This document shows, piece by piece, positions 7,980 through 17,043 of a DNA stretch of 64,000 nucleotides. Within the stretch, counting starts at the first letter, position 1. Each line of letters opens with the position of its first letter. The stretch comes from Rhizobium sp. Q54. GTDB lineage: Bacteria > Pseudomonadota > Alphaproteobacteria > UBA2966 > CAIVPW01. Position numbers and translations under genes: made by a program. The notes under the pieces are model-generated. The model searched no databases. It saw only the letters and a program-made list of their open reading frames with translations, and was not told where the DNA came from. The stretch covers positions 4,046 to 68,045 of the forward strand of contig CAMEYM010000018.1 in NCBI GenBank assembly GCA_945947575.1. Reading direction: 5' to 3'.

Positions 7980-9973
7980 CTATGATGAACGAAGGAATTC
8001 GCCGGAGCCGCTGGCCCCGGCGCTTGATGCAAGGTGCCTTGGTCGTCGTCGTGGCGGGCGGCGCCGGCTACTACTTCCTGCGCTCCAGCGCCGAGGGCGG
8101 ACCGGTCGAGTACCGCTTCGGTACGGTTGAGCGCGGCACCATCACCAACGTCGTGTCCTCGACCGGCAAGGTCGTCGCCGTCGGCGAGGTCAAGATCTCC
8201 AGCCAGGTCGCCGGCCAGATCATCCAGGTGCTGGCCGACTACAACACCCCCGTGACGGCGGGCACAGTGTTGGCGCGCCTCGATCCCGAGGCATTCCTGT
8301 CAAAGGTCGCGCAGGCCGAAGCCGACCTCGCCATTTCGCGCGCCTCGCTCTTGTCGAACCGCGCTTCGGTCGAGCGCTCGCAGTCCGACCTCCGCAACGG
8401 CGACGCGTCGCTGCAATCGCTGCAGGCGCAGCTCGCCAACTCGCGCATTTCGCTCGAGGCGGCCGAGCGCGATTACAACCTGCAGCGCGAGCTCTTCGCC
8501 CGCAACGTCGTCGCCACCAAGGCGGTCGACGACGCCACCACCAAGTACGAGCAGGCCAAGACCAACTTCGACCAGATCACCGCCAACATCCAAGGCTCGC
8601 TCGCAACCCAGGAAGGCCGCAAGGCATCCTTGGCACAGTCGAACGCGTCGGTGACGACCGCCGAAGCCCAGGTGAAGCAGCGGGAGGCGCAGCTCGCCTC
8701 GGCGAAGATCGAGCTCGAGCGCACGGTCATCAAGGCGCCGGTCGATGGCACGGTCATCGACCGCACCGCCGAGGTCGGCCAGACGATCCAGAACAACTCG
8801 AACACCGCGCTGTTCACCGTCGCCCAAGATCTGCGCCAGATGCAGCTTGAGGTCAGCGTCGATGAAGCTGACATCGGCAAGATCGCGCAAGGCATGCTCA
8901 TCAAGTTCAACGTCGACGCGTTCCCCGGCCGCGAGTTCCAGGCGACCGTGCGTCAGGTGCGCCTTGCGCCTAAGACGGTGCAGAACGTCGTCACCTACAC
9001 GATCATCGCTTCGGCGCCGAACACCGACATGTCCCTGCTTCCAGGCATGACGGCGACGGCGCGCGTCATCATTGAGGAGCGCGCCAACGCGATGCGCATT
9101 CCGAATTCGGCGCTGCGCTATGCGCCCGCCGGGTACCAGGCACCGGCAGCGGCTGCACCCGCGACCGCCGCTGGCGGAGCGGCAGCGATCGCCCAGGCCG
9201 GACAGGCGCCTGGCGCTGGGGCCAACCGCGCGGCCCAGGCTGGCGGCGGCGGCCAGGCCGCCGCCCAGGCCGGTCAGGGCAACCGCAACGCGCAACCGGC
9301 GCCGACCGCGCAGACCGGTGGCGCGCCCCAAGGAGGTGCCGGTGGCAACGCGAAGAACGCCAACCAGGGCGGTGGCGCGGGCGGAGCCGCGGGCGCACTC
9401 GCGCAGTTGGGCCAGCTCGGCCTCAGCGAGGCCCAGACCCAACAGGTCACCCAGGCGATCGCCGCGGCGCGCACCCAGGCGCAGGCCGCTGGCGGCACAC
9501 AACAGGAAATCCAGCAGCGCCTGCAGCTGGCGCAGCGCCAGGCGATCCTGGCGGCGCTGACACCAGAACAGCGCACGCGCTTCGAGGCGATCGAGCGGCA
9601 ACAGGCTGCGGCGGGAGCTGGCGCGGGCCAAGGTGGCCAAGCCGTCGCCGCAACCACGGCGCCGGCCAACATCCCGGTTGCTACGGCTGCCGGCGCACGC
9701 AATGCGGCGAGTCGTGCTCGCGCCGCACGAGTGTTCGTCCTGGGACCTGAGGGCAAGCCAGTGGCGATCGACGTCATGATTGGGATCACCGACGGCGGCT
9801 TCACCGAGATGGTGCAGGGCGACGTGCAGCCCGGAACCAAAGTGATTACCGGCTCCAACGAGGTTGCGACAGCGGCCACAGCGAACACCAACAATCCTCT
9901 GGGTGGCCTTTTCGGCGTCGGCGTCGGCGGCGGTGGTGGCGGTGGCGCAGCTCCGCAGGTATTCCTCAAGTAA
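7976..9973 (+). CDS. MacA-like periplasmic adaptor subunit with long low-complexity insertion
   Basis: SSQVAGQI, IKAPVDGTVI, VDEADIG, VDAFPGREF, LLPGMTATARV, GITDG motifs. Confidence 0.88.
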   Translation: MTMMNEGIRRSRWPRRLMQGALVVVVAGGAGYYFLRSSAEGGPVEYRFGTVERGTITNVVSSTGKVVAVGEVKISSQVAGQIIQVLADYNTPVTAGTVLARLDPEAFLSKVAQAEADLAISRASLLSNRASVERSQSDLRNGDASLQSLQAQLANSRISLEAAERDYNLQRELFARNVVATKAVDDATTKYEQAKTNFDQITANIQGSLATQEGRKASLAQSNASVTTAEAQVKQREAQLASAKIELERTVIKAPVDGTVIDRTAEVGQTIQNNSNTALFTVAQDLRQMQLEVSVDEADIGKIAQGMLIKFNVDAFPGREFQATVRQVRLAPKTVQNVVTYTIIASAPNTDMSLLPGMTATARVIIEERANAMRIPNSALRYAPAGYQAPAAAAPATAAGGAAAIAQAGQAPGAGANRAAQAGGGGQAAAQAGQGNRNAQPAPTAQTGGAPQGGAGGNAKNANQGGGAGGAAGALAQLGQLGLSEAQTQQVTQAIAAARTQAQAAGGTQQEIQQRLQLAQRQAILAALTPEQRTRFEAIERQQAAAGAGAGQGGQAVAATTAPANIPVATAAGARNAASRARAARVFVLGPEGKPVAIDVMIGITDGGFTEMVQGDVQPGTKVITGSNEVATAATANTNNPLGGLFGVGVGGGGGGGAAPQVFLK

Positions 9974-9999
9974 TCCGACTCGAACCCGAGGCAGCGCAG

Positions 10000-10749
10000 T
10001 TGGCGACGTCCGTCGTACAGACCGTCGATCTCCGCAAGGAGTATCGGATGGGAACCAACGTGGTGAACGCGCTGGCTGGCGTTTCGGTGCGCATCGAGCC
10101 CGGCGAGTTCGTCGCCGTCATGGGGCCCTCGGGCTCCGGCAAGACGACGTTCATGAATCTGCTGGGCTGTCTCGATCGGCCTTCCGCGGGGAAGTACCTG
10201 TTCGAGGGGCATGAAGTCTCGGCGTACGACCACACCGAGCTCGCGCGCCTGCGCAATCAGAAGATCGGCTTCGTGTTCCAGAACTTCAACTTGCTGCCGC
10301 GCATCACGGCGCTCGACAACGTCGCGTTGCCGCTCGCTTACGGCAAGTTCGCGCGCGGCGAGCGCCGCCAGCGCGCCGAGGTGGCGTTGAGGGAAGTCGG
10401 CCTCGGCGACCGCATGGACCACCGGCCGGTGCAGTTGTCCGGCGGCCAGCAGCAGCGCGTCGCCATCGCCCGCGCCATCGTCGGCTCACCGTCGCTGATC
10501 CTGGCCGATGAGCCGACGGGCGCGTTGGACACCAAGACCGGCGTCGAGATCATGGGCATCCTGCAATCGCTCAACGACCGTGGCATCACCATCGTGCTGG
10601 TGACTCACGAGCCGGACATCGCCGAGCACGCAAGCCGCGTGCTCAGCTTCCGCGACGGCCGCATGATTCGCGACGAAAAGGGCGTTGGCCGCCGCGCCGG
10701 CGCCCCCCCAGCCTCACAACCGCACCTGGTGGCCGTAGCAGGCCATTGA
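10000..10749 (+). CDS. MacB/LolD-type ABC ATP-binding protein
   Basis: [37 protein letters not shown]. Confidence 0.95.
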   Translation: MATSVVQTVDLRKEYRMGTNVVNALAGVSVRIEPGEFVAVMGPSGSGKTTFMNLLGCLDRPSAGKYLFEGHEVSAYDHTELARLRNQKIGFVFQNFNLLPRITALDNVALPLAYGKFARGERRQRAEVALREVGLGDRMDHRPVQLSGGQQQRVAIARAIVGSPSLILADEPTGALDTKTGVEIMGILQSLNDRGITIVLVTHEPDIAEHASRVLSFRDGRMIRDEKGVGRRAGAPPASQPHLVAVAGH

Positions 10750-10762
10750 GGAGTTCAACGAG

Positions 10763-11992
10763 ATGACCCCCGCCGACCTGCTCTTCTCCGCGCTGCAATC
10801 CCTGCGCTCCAACACCATGCGCAGCGTGCTGACGGCCCTCGGCATCATCATCGGTGTCGGCGCGGTGATCACCATCGTCGCCATCGGCGCCGGCGCCCAG
10901 GCCAACATCGAGAAGGTCATCGAGCAGATCGGTTCCAACATGCTGACCATCTCTCCCGGTCAGGCGCGCGACGGCGGCGCCCAGCAGGGCGCGGCCAGCC
11001 GCCCAACCCTGACCGCCGAGGACGCCGACGCCCTGAAGACGGTGCCCGGCGTCTCGGCCGTGGCGCCCGAAGTCCGCGGACCGGTGCAGGTCATCCTGGG
11101 CAACCAGAACTGGCGCACCAACGTCGTCGGCATCACCGAGGACTTCTTCACGGTGCGCAACTGGAAGCTCAACAAGGGCCGCAACTTCGAGGACTGGGAG
11201 ATCGACGCCGGCGAGAAGATCGTCATCCTCGGCTCGACCGTCGCCGAGAAGGTGTTCCCGGGCTCGGACCCCATCAATCAGATCATCCGCATCGACCGAG
11301 TGCCGTTCACCGTCATCGGCGTCACGGCCGCCAAGGGTCAATCGAGCTTCGGCCAAAACCAGGACGACATCATCTTCGTGCCGCTGAAAACAGCGCAACA
11401 GCGCATTCTCGGCGGCCGCCTGATCAAGCCCGACTCGGTGCAGCAGATCGCCGTGCTGGCGCGCACCGCCAAGGAAGTGGACGTGGTCGAGCGCGACCTC
11501 GCCGAGCTTCTGCGCGATCGCCACGCGATCGTCCCGGGCCGCGCTGACGACTTCCAGATCCGCAACACGTCGGAAATCTTCCAGGCTCGGGCCGGCGCCA
11601 CCGAGGTCATGACCCTGTTGCTCACCGCCATCGCGTCGGTGTCGCTGCTGGTCGGTGGCATCGGCATCATGAACATCATGCTGGTGTCGGTGACCGAGCG
11701 CACTCGTGAGATCGGCGTGCGCATGGCGATCGGCGCCAGCCGCACCGACGTCATGATGCAGTTCCTTATCGAGGCGCTGGCGCTGTCCATGATCGGCGGC
11801 ATCATCGGCATCATCCTCGGCATGATTTGCTCCCAGCTCACGGCCCACTTCGCCGGATGGCCGCTGCGCATCGAGATGACGTCGATCCTGCTGGCGGTGG
11901 GCTTCTCCGCCGCGGTCGGCATCTTCTTCGGCTACTATCCGGCCCGAAAGGCGGCACGACTGGACCCGATCGAGGCCCTGCGCTACGCCTAA
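10763..11992 (+). CDS. MacB-type ABC permease (FtsX domain)
   Basis: RSVLTALGIIIGV, VGGIGIMNIMLVSVTERTREIG, YYPARKAARLDPIEALRY. Confidence 0.93.
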   Translation: MTPADLLFSALQSLRSNTMRSVLTALGIIIGVGAVITIVAIGAGAQANIEKVIEQIGSNMLTISPGQARDGGAQQGAASRPTLTAEDADALKTVPGVSAVAPEVRGPVQVILGNQNWRTNVVGITEDFFTVRNWKLNKGRNFEDWEIDAGEKIVILGSTVAEKVFPGSDPINQIIRIDRVPFTVIGVTAAKGQSSFGQNQDDIIFVPLKTAQQRILGGRLIKPDSVQQIAVLARTAKEVDVVERDLAELLRDRHAIVPGRADDFQIRNTSEIFQARAGATEVMTLLLTAIASVSLLVGGIGIMNIMLVSVTERTREIGVRMAIGASRTDVMMQFLIEALALSMIGGIIGIILGMICSQLTAHFAGWPLRIEMTSILLAVGFSAAVGIFFGYYPARKAARLDPIEALRYA

Positions 11993-12090
11993 GCCCTTGC
12001 GCCGCAAGGTGCGAACCATCAGTTGCTAGGCACGCGCTGTTCGCCCGGAGTCCTTCTGGGCACGTGTGTGCGACGCCCAGGAGGCTTTCG

Positions 12091-13431
12091 ATGCGTACAG
12101 GGGGAAGTTTCGTTCTCGCGCTGGTGTTCCCGCTGGCGGTGGCAGCGCCGGCTGCCGGACAGACCCTGACCGACGCGCTCGCGCAGGCGTATCTCACCAA
12201 CCCGGGCCTCGCGGCGCAGCGCGCCAGCATGCGCGCCACCGATGAGCAGGTGGCACAAGCCAACTCGCAGAAGCGGCCGTCCCTATCGCTGAGCACGGGC
12301 ATCACGACGTCGTACACGTCGAACGGCACCGCCGCGCAATCGACCAACTCCCCCGCGCTGACGTTGAGCGTCAGCCAACCGCTCTACCGTGGCGGCCGGA
12401 TCGAGGCGGGCATCGATCAGGCGGAAGCGGCCGTGCTGGGTGCGCGCGCGCGCCTGCGTACGACGGAACAGACCATTCTTGCGTCGGTGGTCGAGTCCTA
12501 CATGGGCGTGCTGCGCGACCAGGCGGTGCTGCAGCTGAATACGAACTCGGAGCAGGTGTTCCAGGGCGAGCTCGCCGCGGCGCGCAACCGCTTCCAGCTA
12601 GGCGCCGCGACTTCGACGGATGTCGCCACCGCCGAGTCGCGCCTCTCCAATGCGTCTGCCGCGCGCATCCAGGCGGAAGGCGCCTTCCGCACCAGCCTGT
12701 CCAACTTCGAGCGCATCGTTGGCGTCGCGCCGTCCAACATGGCCACGCCAGATTCGCTGCTGGTGCTGCCGAACTCGCTTGAGGAAGCGATCGCGATTGC
12801 CCTCAACGAAAGCCCGACCGTGCTGACCGCTTTCTATTCGGAAGAGGCCGCCCAAGCGAGCTTGCGCTCCGCCAACGGCGCGCGCCTGCCCACGGTATCC
12901 CTCTCCGCCAGCACGTCGCGGCGTTCCCCCGATTGGCCGGACTTGACGCCGCCGACCTTCGCGAGCTCGATCGGCGTCAGCGTCTCGGTGCCGCTCTACC
13001 AGTCCGGCGGCGAGTTCTCGTCTATTCGCTCGGCCATGGAGAACCTCACGGCGTCACGTCTGAGCCTCGAGGACGCGCGCCGCACTGCCCGCCAGGCGGT
13101 GACCCAGTCGTGGCAGGGTCTCGCCACGGCGCGGGCGCAGATTCTTGCGCGCGGCGACCAGGTGCGCGCGTCGGAGAGTGCGCTGCGCGGCTTCCGCCAG
13201 GAATACGAAGTGGGGGCACGCACACTGCTCGAGGTGCTGAATGCCGAGCAGGACCTGCTCAACGCCCGCGTGTCGCTGGTCACCTCGCGCCGCGACGAGG
13301 TCGTCGCCAGCTACGGCCTGCTCTCGGCGATGGGGCGCCTGACCGCCCAGACCCTGGGCCTGCCGGTTCCGGTCTACGATCCGACCGCGAACTACAATCG
13401 CGTCGATAACAAGTGGTGGGGGCTGAACTAG
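12091..13431 (+). CDS. TolC-family outer membrane channel
   Basis: AQAYLTNP, QPLYRGG, VGARTLLEVLNAEQ, YDPTANY. Confidence 0.9.
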   Translation: MRTGGSFVLALVFPLAVAAPAAGQTLTDALAQAYLTNPGLAAQRASMRATDEQVAQANSQKRPSLSLSTGITTSYTSNGTAAQSTNSPALTLSVSQPLYRGGRIEAGIDQAEAAVLGARARLRTTEQTILASVVESYMGVLRDQAVLQLNTNSEQVFQGELAAARNRFQLGAATSTDVATAESRLSNASAARIQAEGAFRTSLSNFERIVGVAPSNMATPDSLLVLPNSLEEAIAIALNESPTVLTAFYSEEAAQASLRSANGARLPTVSLSASTSRRSPDWPDLTPPTFASSIGVSVSVPLYQSGGEFSSIRSAMENLTASRLSLEDARRTARQAVTQSWQGLATARAQILARGDQVRASESALRGFRQEYEVGARTLLEVLNAEQDLLNARVSLVTSRRDEVVASYGLLSAMGRLTAQTLGLPVPVYDPTANYNRVDNKWWGLN

Positions 13432-13547
13432 CCCTCACCCACCTCCCGGCTTGCCACGGCCCTGCTTCCGTCCTCGAATAGAGCGGCGGGAGGGGGCCCG
13501 CGGCCGGTCCGGCATGCGCTCCACCCCGTTGATGAGGGAGGGAGATC

Positions 13548-13793
13548 ATGAACTGGCGTTTTTCCATCCTTGCGGCAGCGCTCCTGTCGCTCCTGGCAGG
13601 CGTCGCGTCTGCCGCTGAAGTAAAGGGCGTCATCAAGGCGCTCGACCCGGGTCAGCGGACCGTCACCGTCAACAGCCTGCGCTTCTCGTTCCCGCCGGGC
13701 GTGAACATGGCGGGACTCGCCGTCGGTCAGACCGTGACCATCACGTTCGAGGACGCGAACGGCACCAACTACGTCTCGAAGGTCGCGAAGTAG
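13548..13793 (+). CDS. Small exported OB-fold-like protein (DUF1344/CusF-like)
   Basis: Signal peptide + AEVKGVIKALD...LAVGQTVTITF; GGAG RBS. Confidence 0.6.
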   Translation: MNWRFSILAAALLSLLAGVASAAEVKGVIKALDPGQRTVTVNSLRFSFPPGVNMAGLAVGQTVTITFEDANGTNYVSKVAK

Positions 13794-13803
13794 CGCGCGT
13801 GTG

Positions 13804-13833
13804 GTTGGGGGAAGGCAGCGGCCCTCCCCCAAC
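13804..13833. terminator. Hairpin between convergent genes
   Basis: GTTGGGGGA...TCCCCCAAC inverted repeat. Confidence 0.5.
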
Positions 13834-14270
13834 TACCGGCGCTTCGGGCGTTTGGGGGTCTTCGCTGCGGCCGGCTTCTTCTCCGCGACGGCGGACAACG
13901 CCTTCGCTGCTGCCTTGCCCTTCTTGGGCGGCAGCGCGGCGGCGTAGGCGAGCGAGCGCTGCACCCACGGCTTCGCCCTGTCCGGATCATCCAGCCAGTC
14001 GGCGGGCAGCAGCACGTACTCGCGCATCGGCCGGCCGGCCATGGGCTCGAATGGACCGGCGCCATCCTCTGCGAGGAGTTCCTCTCGATCGGTTGCCACG
14101 AGCCGCACCAGCACGCGACTGCCGAACACGCCCATGAACATCGTGCCGTTCACGAATGCGGCGATGTGGCCAAACATGGGCTTGGTGACGACGTTCGGGG
14201 CCTCAGGCACCAGATCGCGGAAGAAGGCCATCGCGGCTGGATCGGCTTTGGGGAAGGAAGACTTCGCCAT
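13833..14270 (-). CDS. TfoX/Sxy N-terminal domain protein
   Basis: KPMFG...FVNGTMF, FEPMAGRPMREYV, W...SLAYAAALPPK. Confidence 0.8.
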   Translation of the reverse strand: MAKSSFPKADPAAMAFFRDLVPEAPNVVTKPMFGHIAAFVNGTMFMGVFGSRVLVRLVATDREELLAEDGAGPFEPMAGRPMREYVLLPADWLDDPDRAKPWVQRSLAYAAALPPKKGKAAAKALSAVAEKKPAAAKTPKRPKRR

Positions 14271-14362
14271 CCGACGAGCGTAGCACGGGCGCCCTACCCG
14301 AGCGCCCCCGGCCTCCCCATATCTGGATGCACGGGCCCATCCCAGGCCCTGGGGGAGCAAGC

Positions 14363-15007
14363 ATGCGGCCAGACTCAATTCGACGCAGCACCGGGCGCGT
14401 GGCGATCGTCAGCGATGACCCGTTGGCACGCGAGTCCCTTGCGGCGACCCTGCGCCACCGCGCCGACGTCGCCGCCATGCTCGGCGCCGGCGCGGGCGTT
14501 GCCGACACGCTCGCGCAGATCGCGGCGGACGTGGTGATCTGGGATCTTGGTCCTGCACCGCAACCCGATCTGGCTGGCCTGCGCGCCGCGGTAGACGCGG
14601 GGCACACCGTCGTCGCCCTGATCGCCGAGGAGCGCCAGGGCGCGGAGGCTCTCGCCGCGGGCGCCGCCGGCGTGCATCTGCGCGACGGCGCGCGCGAGCG
14701 CCTGCCGCTGATGCTGGCTGCCGCCGCGGAGGGGTTGATCGTTCTCGACGACGCCCTCAAGGCGCGTCTGGTCGGCTCGCGCCGCATGGCGCTCGATGGC
14801 TTGCCGCTCGAACCGCTGACGGCGCGCGAGCGCGAGGTGATGTCCCTGCTCGCCGAGGGCCGCTCGAACCGCGACATCGCGCTGGCCCTCGGCATCGCCG
14901 AGCGCACGGCCAAGTTCCACGTCAACGCCATCCTCGAAAAACTCGACGCGGAGGGGCGTACGGAGGCGGTGGTGCGCGCCGCGCGCCTCGGACTGGTCGT
15001 CCTCTAG
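14363..15007 (+). CDS. LuxR/NarL-family response regulator
   Basis: LTAREREVMSLLAEGRSNRDIA...TAKFHVNAILEKL; REC-like N-terminus. Confidence 0.88.
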   Translation: MRPDSIRRSTGRVAIVSDDPLARESLAATLRHRADVAAMLGAGAGVADTLAQIAADVVIWDLGPAPQPDLAGLRAAVDAGHTVVALIAEERQGAEALAAGAAGVHLRDGARERLPLMLAAAAEGLIVLDDALKARLVGSRRMALDGLPLEPLTAREREVMSLLAEGRSNRDIALALGIAERTAKFHVNAILEKLDAEGRTEAVVRAARLGLVVL

Positions 15008-15076
15008 TACCTGTCCGGTTTGCCGATAGGCGGTTGCCCTGCCGCCCTCCTACCTTCTGCACAGCAGGAGGTAGTC

Positions 15077-15958
15077 ATGTCCGACGCCGTCACTCTTTCG
15101 AACGCCCTCGCCGCCGTGGTGGATGCCGTGGCGCCGGCCGTGGTGCGCATCGCCGGCGAGTCCCATCGCGGGACGGGCCTCGCCTGGGGCGACGACTTGG
15201 TCATCGCTGCGTCAGACGCGGTCGATGAGGAGGACGCGCTGCAAGTGGTCGGTGCCGACGGCCGCGAGACGGCCGCCGAGATCGCCGGCCGCGACACAGC
15301 CCTCGGCATTGCGGTACTGCGTGCGCCCGGTTTGGGCCGCAAGCGTCCGGCCACCGCCGATGTCGCCGCGCTGCGTGTCGGACACCTCGTGGTCGCCGTC
15401 GCGCGCCCCGGCAAGTCGGCGCGCGCCACCTTCGGCATGATCGGCACGCTCGGCGACGCGTGGCGCACGCGTAGCGGCGCGCGCATCGATCGCTACATCG
15501 ACACAAGCCTGGTGCTGCCCGGGGAGTTCGGGGGCGCCGTCATCGTCGATGCCGCGGCGCGCCTGATCGGCCTGGGCGTGCCCGGCGGGTGCCGCGAGCG
15601 CGGCGTCATCGTGCCCGCGGCAACGCTGGAGCGGGCGGTCGGCGCCATTCTCTCGGGCAGGTCGGAGCGGCGCGGCTACCTCGGTGTCGCGACCTACCCG
15701 GCGCGGCTGCCGCGCGGCGCCGGTCAGGACCGTGGCTTGCTGGTGGTCGATGTCGAGGACGACAGCCCCGCCACACGCGCCGGGCTGACCCTCGGCGACG
15801 TCATTCTGACGATGGGCGGCGCGCCCATCGAGCAGCTCAGCGACCTCTTCGGCGCCCTCGCCGACGCGGGCGCCGGCGGCGCGGTGAGCGCGCACGTCTT
15901 GCGGGCGGGAAAGCCATTGGACCTTTCGATCACCGTGGGCACTCGCCCGCGGGACTGA
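15077..15958 (+). CDS. S1C/HtrA-like trypsin + PDZ protein, catalytic triad degenerate
   Basis: GRD...IAVLR, LRVGHLVVAV, PGEFGG, RGYLGV, DSPATRAGL..GDVI. Confidence 0.8.
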   Translation: MSDAVTLSNALAAVVDAVAPAVVRIAGESHRGTGLAWGDDLVIAASDAVDEEDALQVVGADGRETAAEIAGRDTALGIAVLRAPGLGRKRPATADVAALRVGHLVVAVARPGKSARATFGMIGTLGDAWRTRSGARIDRYIDTSLVLPGEFGGAVIVDAAARLIGLGVPGGCRERGVIVPAATLERAVGAILSGRSERRGYLGVATYPARLPRGAGQDRGLLVVDVEDDSPATRAGLTLGDVILTMGGAPIEQLSDLFGALADAGAGGAVSAHVLRAGKPLDLSITVGTRPRD

Positions 15959-15962
15959 TCCC

Positions 15963-16260
15963 ATGGGCCTCCTGCGCCAGTTGTCGGACGAGCTCGGAGC
16001 TCTGGCAGCGCGTGCGGCGCCCATGCGCCGCAACTCCGTGGCGCGCCGGCACCGCTTCTGCGTTCCATCATCGACCTCGGCCACAACATGGGGCTCGTCG
16101 TGTACGCCGAGGCGTCGAGGCCAAAGACACCCACCAGGCCTTCTGGGCCTCGGCTGCGACCTCGCCCAGGGGTTCTATTACGGCCGCCCAATGCGGGCCC
16201 AGACACCTCCGGGCGCCTGGCTGCAGACGATCAACGAGCGGCCTACGGCGGCCCTCGAAA
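15963..16260 (+). pseudogene. Chimeric remnant: 5' end of a second S1C protease joined to a frameshifted EAL-domain C-terminus
   Basis: MGLLRQLSDELGALAARAAP, then RSIIDLGHNMGLVVYAE and LGCDLAQGFYYGRPM in different frames. Confidence 0.65.
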
Positions 16261-16484
16261 GCCGCAGAAAACTGCGCCTCTCCGGTGGTGTATCGCAGGG
16301 GTGGGGTGCGGCGACGGACTACCTTGCAATCTGTAGCGGGCAAGGTACAAGAAACCGTGCGCGAGCCATGGTTTCCGCACACGGGGGCGGCCGCTTCGGG
16401 TTGTGCCGCGTTAACCCGGCACAAGCCGAAGCGAGGGCCTTGGTTCCGACAAACGGCGCCAAGGACGATAGGAGAGGGAAACAG

Positions 16485-16943
16485 ATGATTGATCGTAAGT
16501 ACGTCGGCGCTGTGGTCGCGGTGGCTGCCGTGGCGGGCGCCGGCATGATGGCGTTCACCACGAAGAACGTGTCGGCCGCCGAGGCGCACCGCACTGCAAT
16601 CAGCACTCCGGTCGTCGAGGGCATGCAGGTCGCGCAAGACGCCGCCGCTGGGGCGACGGCTTTCGTCCGCTGCCGCGTCTGCCACACGGTGGAGCGCGGT
16701 GAACCGAACCGCGTCGGTCCGAACCTGTTCGGCGTCTTCGGGCGCAAGGCCGGTGAGGTCGCCGGATTCAACTACTCCGCCCCGATGAAGAGCTCGAACA
16801 TCACCTGGACCGAGGAGAATCTTGAGCGCTACATCAAGGATCCGGCCGGTGTCGTTCCCGGAAACAAGATGCAGCTCGCGAAGGGCGCCATCAACGACAA
16901 GGGCGCAGATGACATCGTCGCGTTCCTGAAGACGAAGATGTAA
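16485..16943 (+). CDS. Cytochrome c2 (class I c-type cytochrome)
   Basis: CRVCH heme motif, GPNLFGVFGRKAG, PGNKM axial Met; N-terminal signal/anchor. Confidence 0.92.
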   Translation: MIDRKYVGAVVAVAAVAGAGMMAFTTKNVSAAEAHRTAISTPVVEGMQVAQDAAAGATAFVRCRVCHTVERGEPNRVGPNLFGVFGRKAGEVAGFNYSAPMKSSNITWTEENLERYIKDPAGVVPGNKMQLAKGAINDKGADDIVAFLKTKM

Positions 16944-16970
16944 TCCGCGCAGCCACGGCTGCGAAGCTTC

Positions 16971-17005
16971 GAGCCCGCCGGGAGACCCCGGCGGGCTCTT
17001 CGTTT
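16971..17005 (+). terminator. Rho-independent terminator
   Basis: GAGCCCGCCGGG-AGAC-CCCGGCGGGCTC followed by TTCGTTT. Confidence 0.75.
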
Positions 17006-17043
17006 ATGCGGATCCGGCGATTGTCACAGCGCAAGCGGCGCGC

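Noticed and set aside
9130-9720. Repetitive GCN/GGN/CAG-rich tract
   Set aside because: Encodes the Ala/Gly/Gln linker of the adaptor; no regular repeat-spacer structure, so not CRISPR or a VNTR.
13432-13500. REP-like CCCTCACCC...GGGAGGGGG element
   Set aside because: Single degenerate copy, not repeated in the window.
15963-16943. 326-aa fused cytochrome c
   Set aside because: The true cytochrome start has its own RBS at ATG 16485; the upstream part is pseudogene debris.
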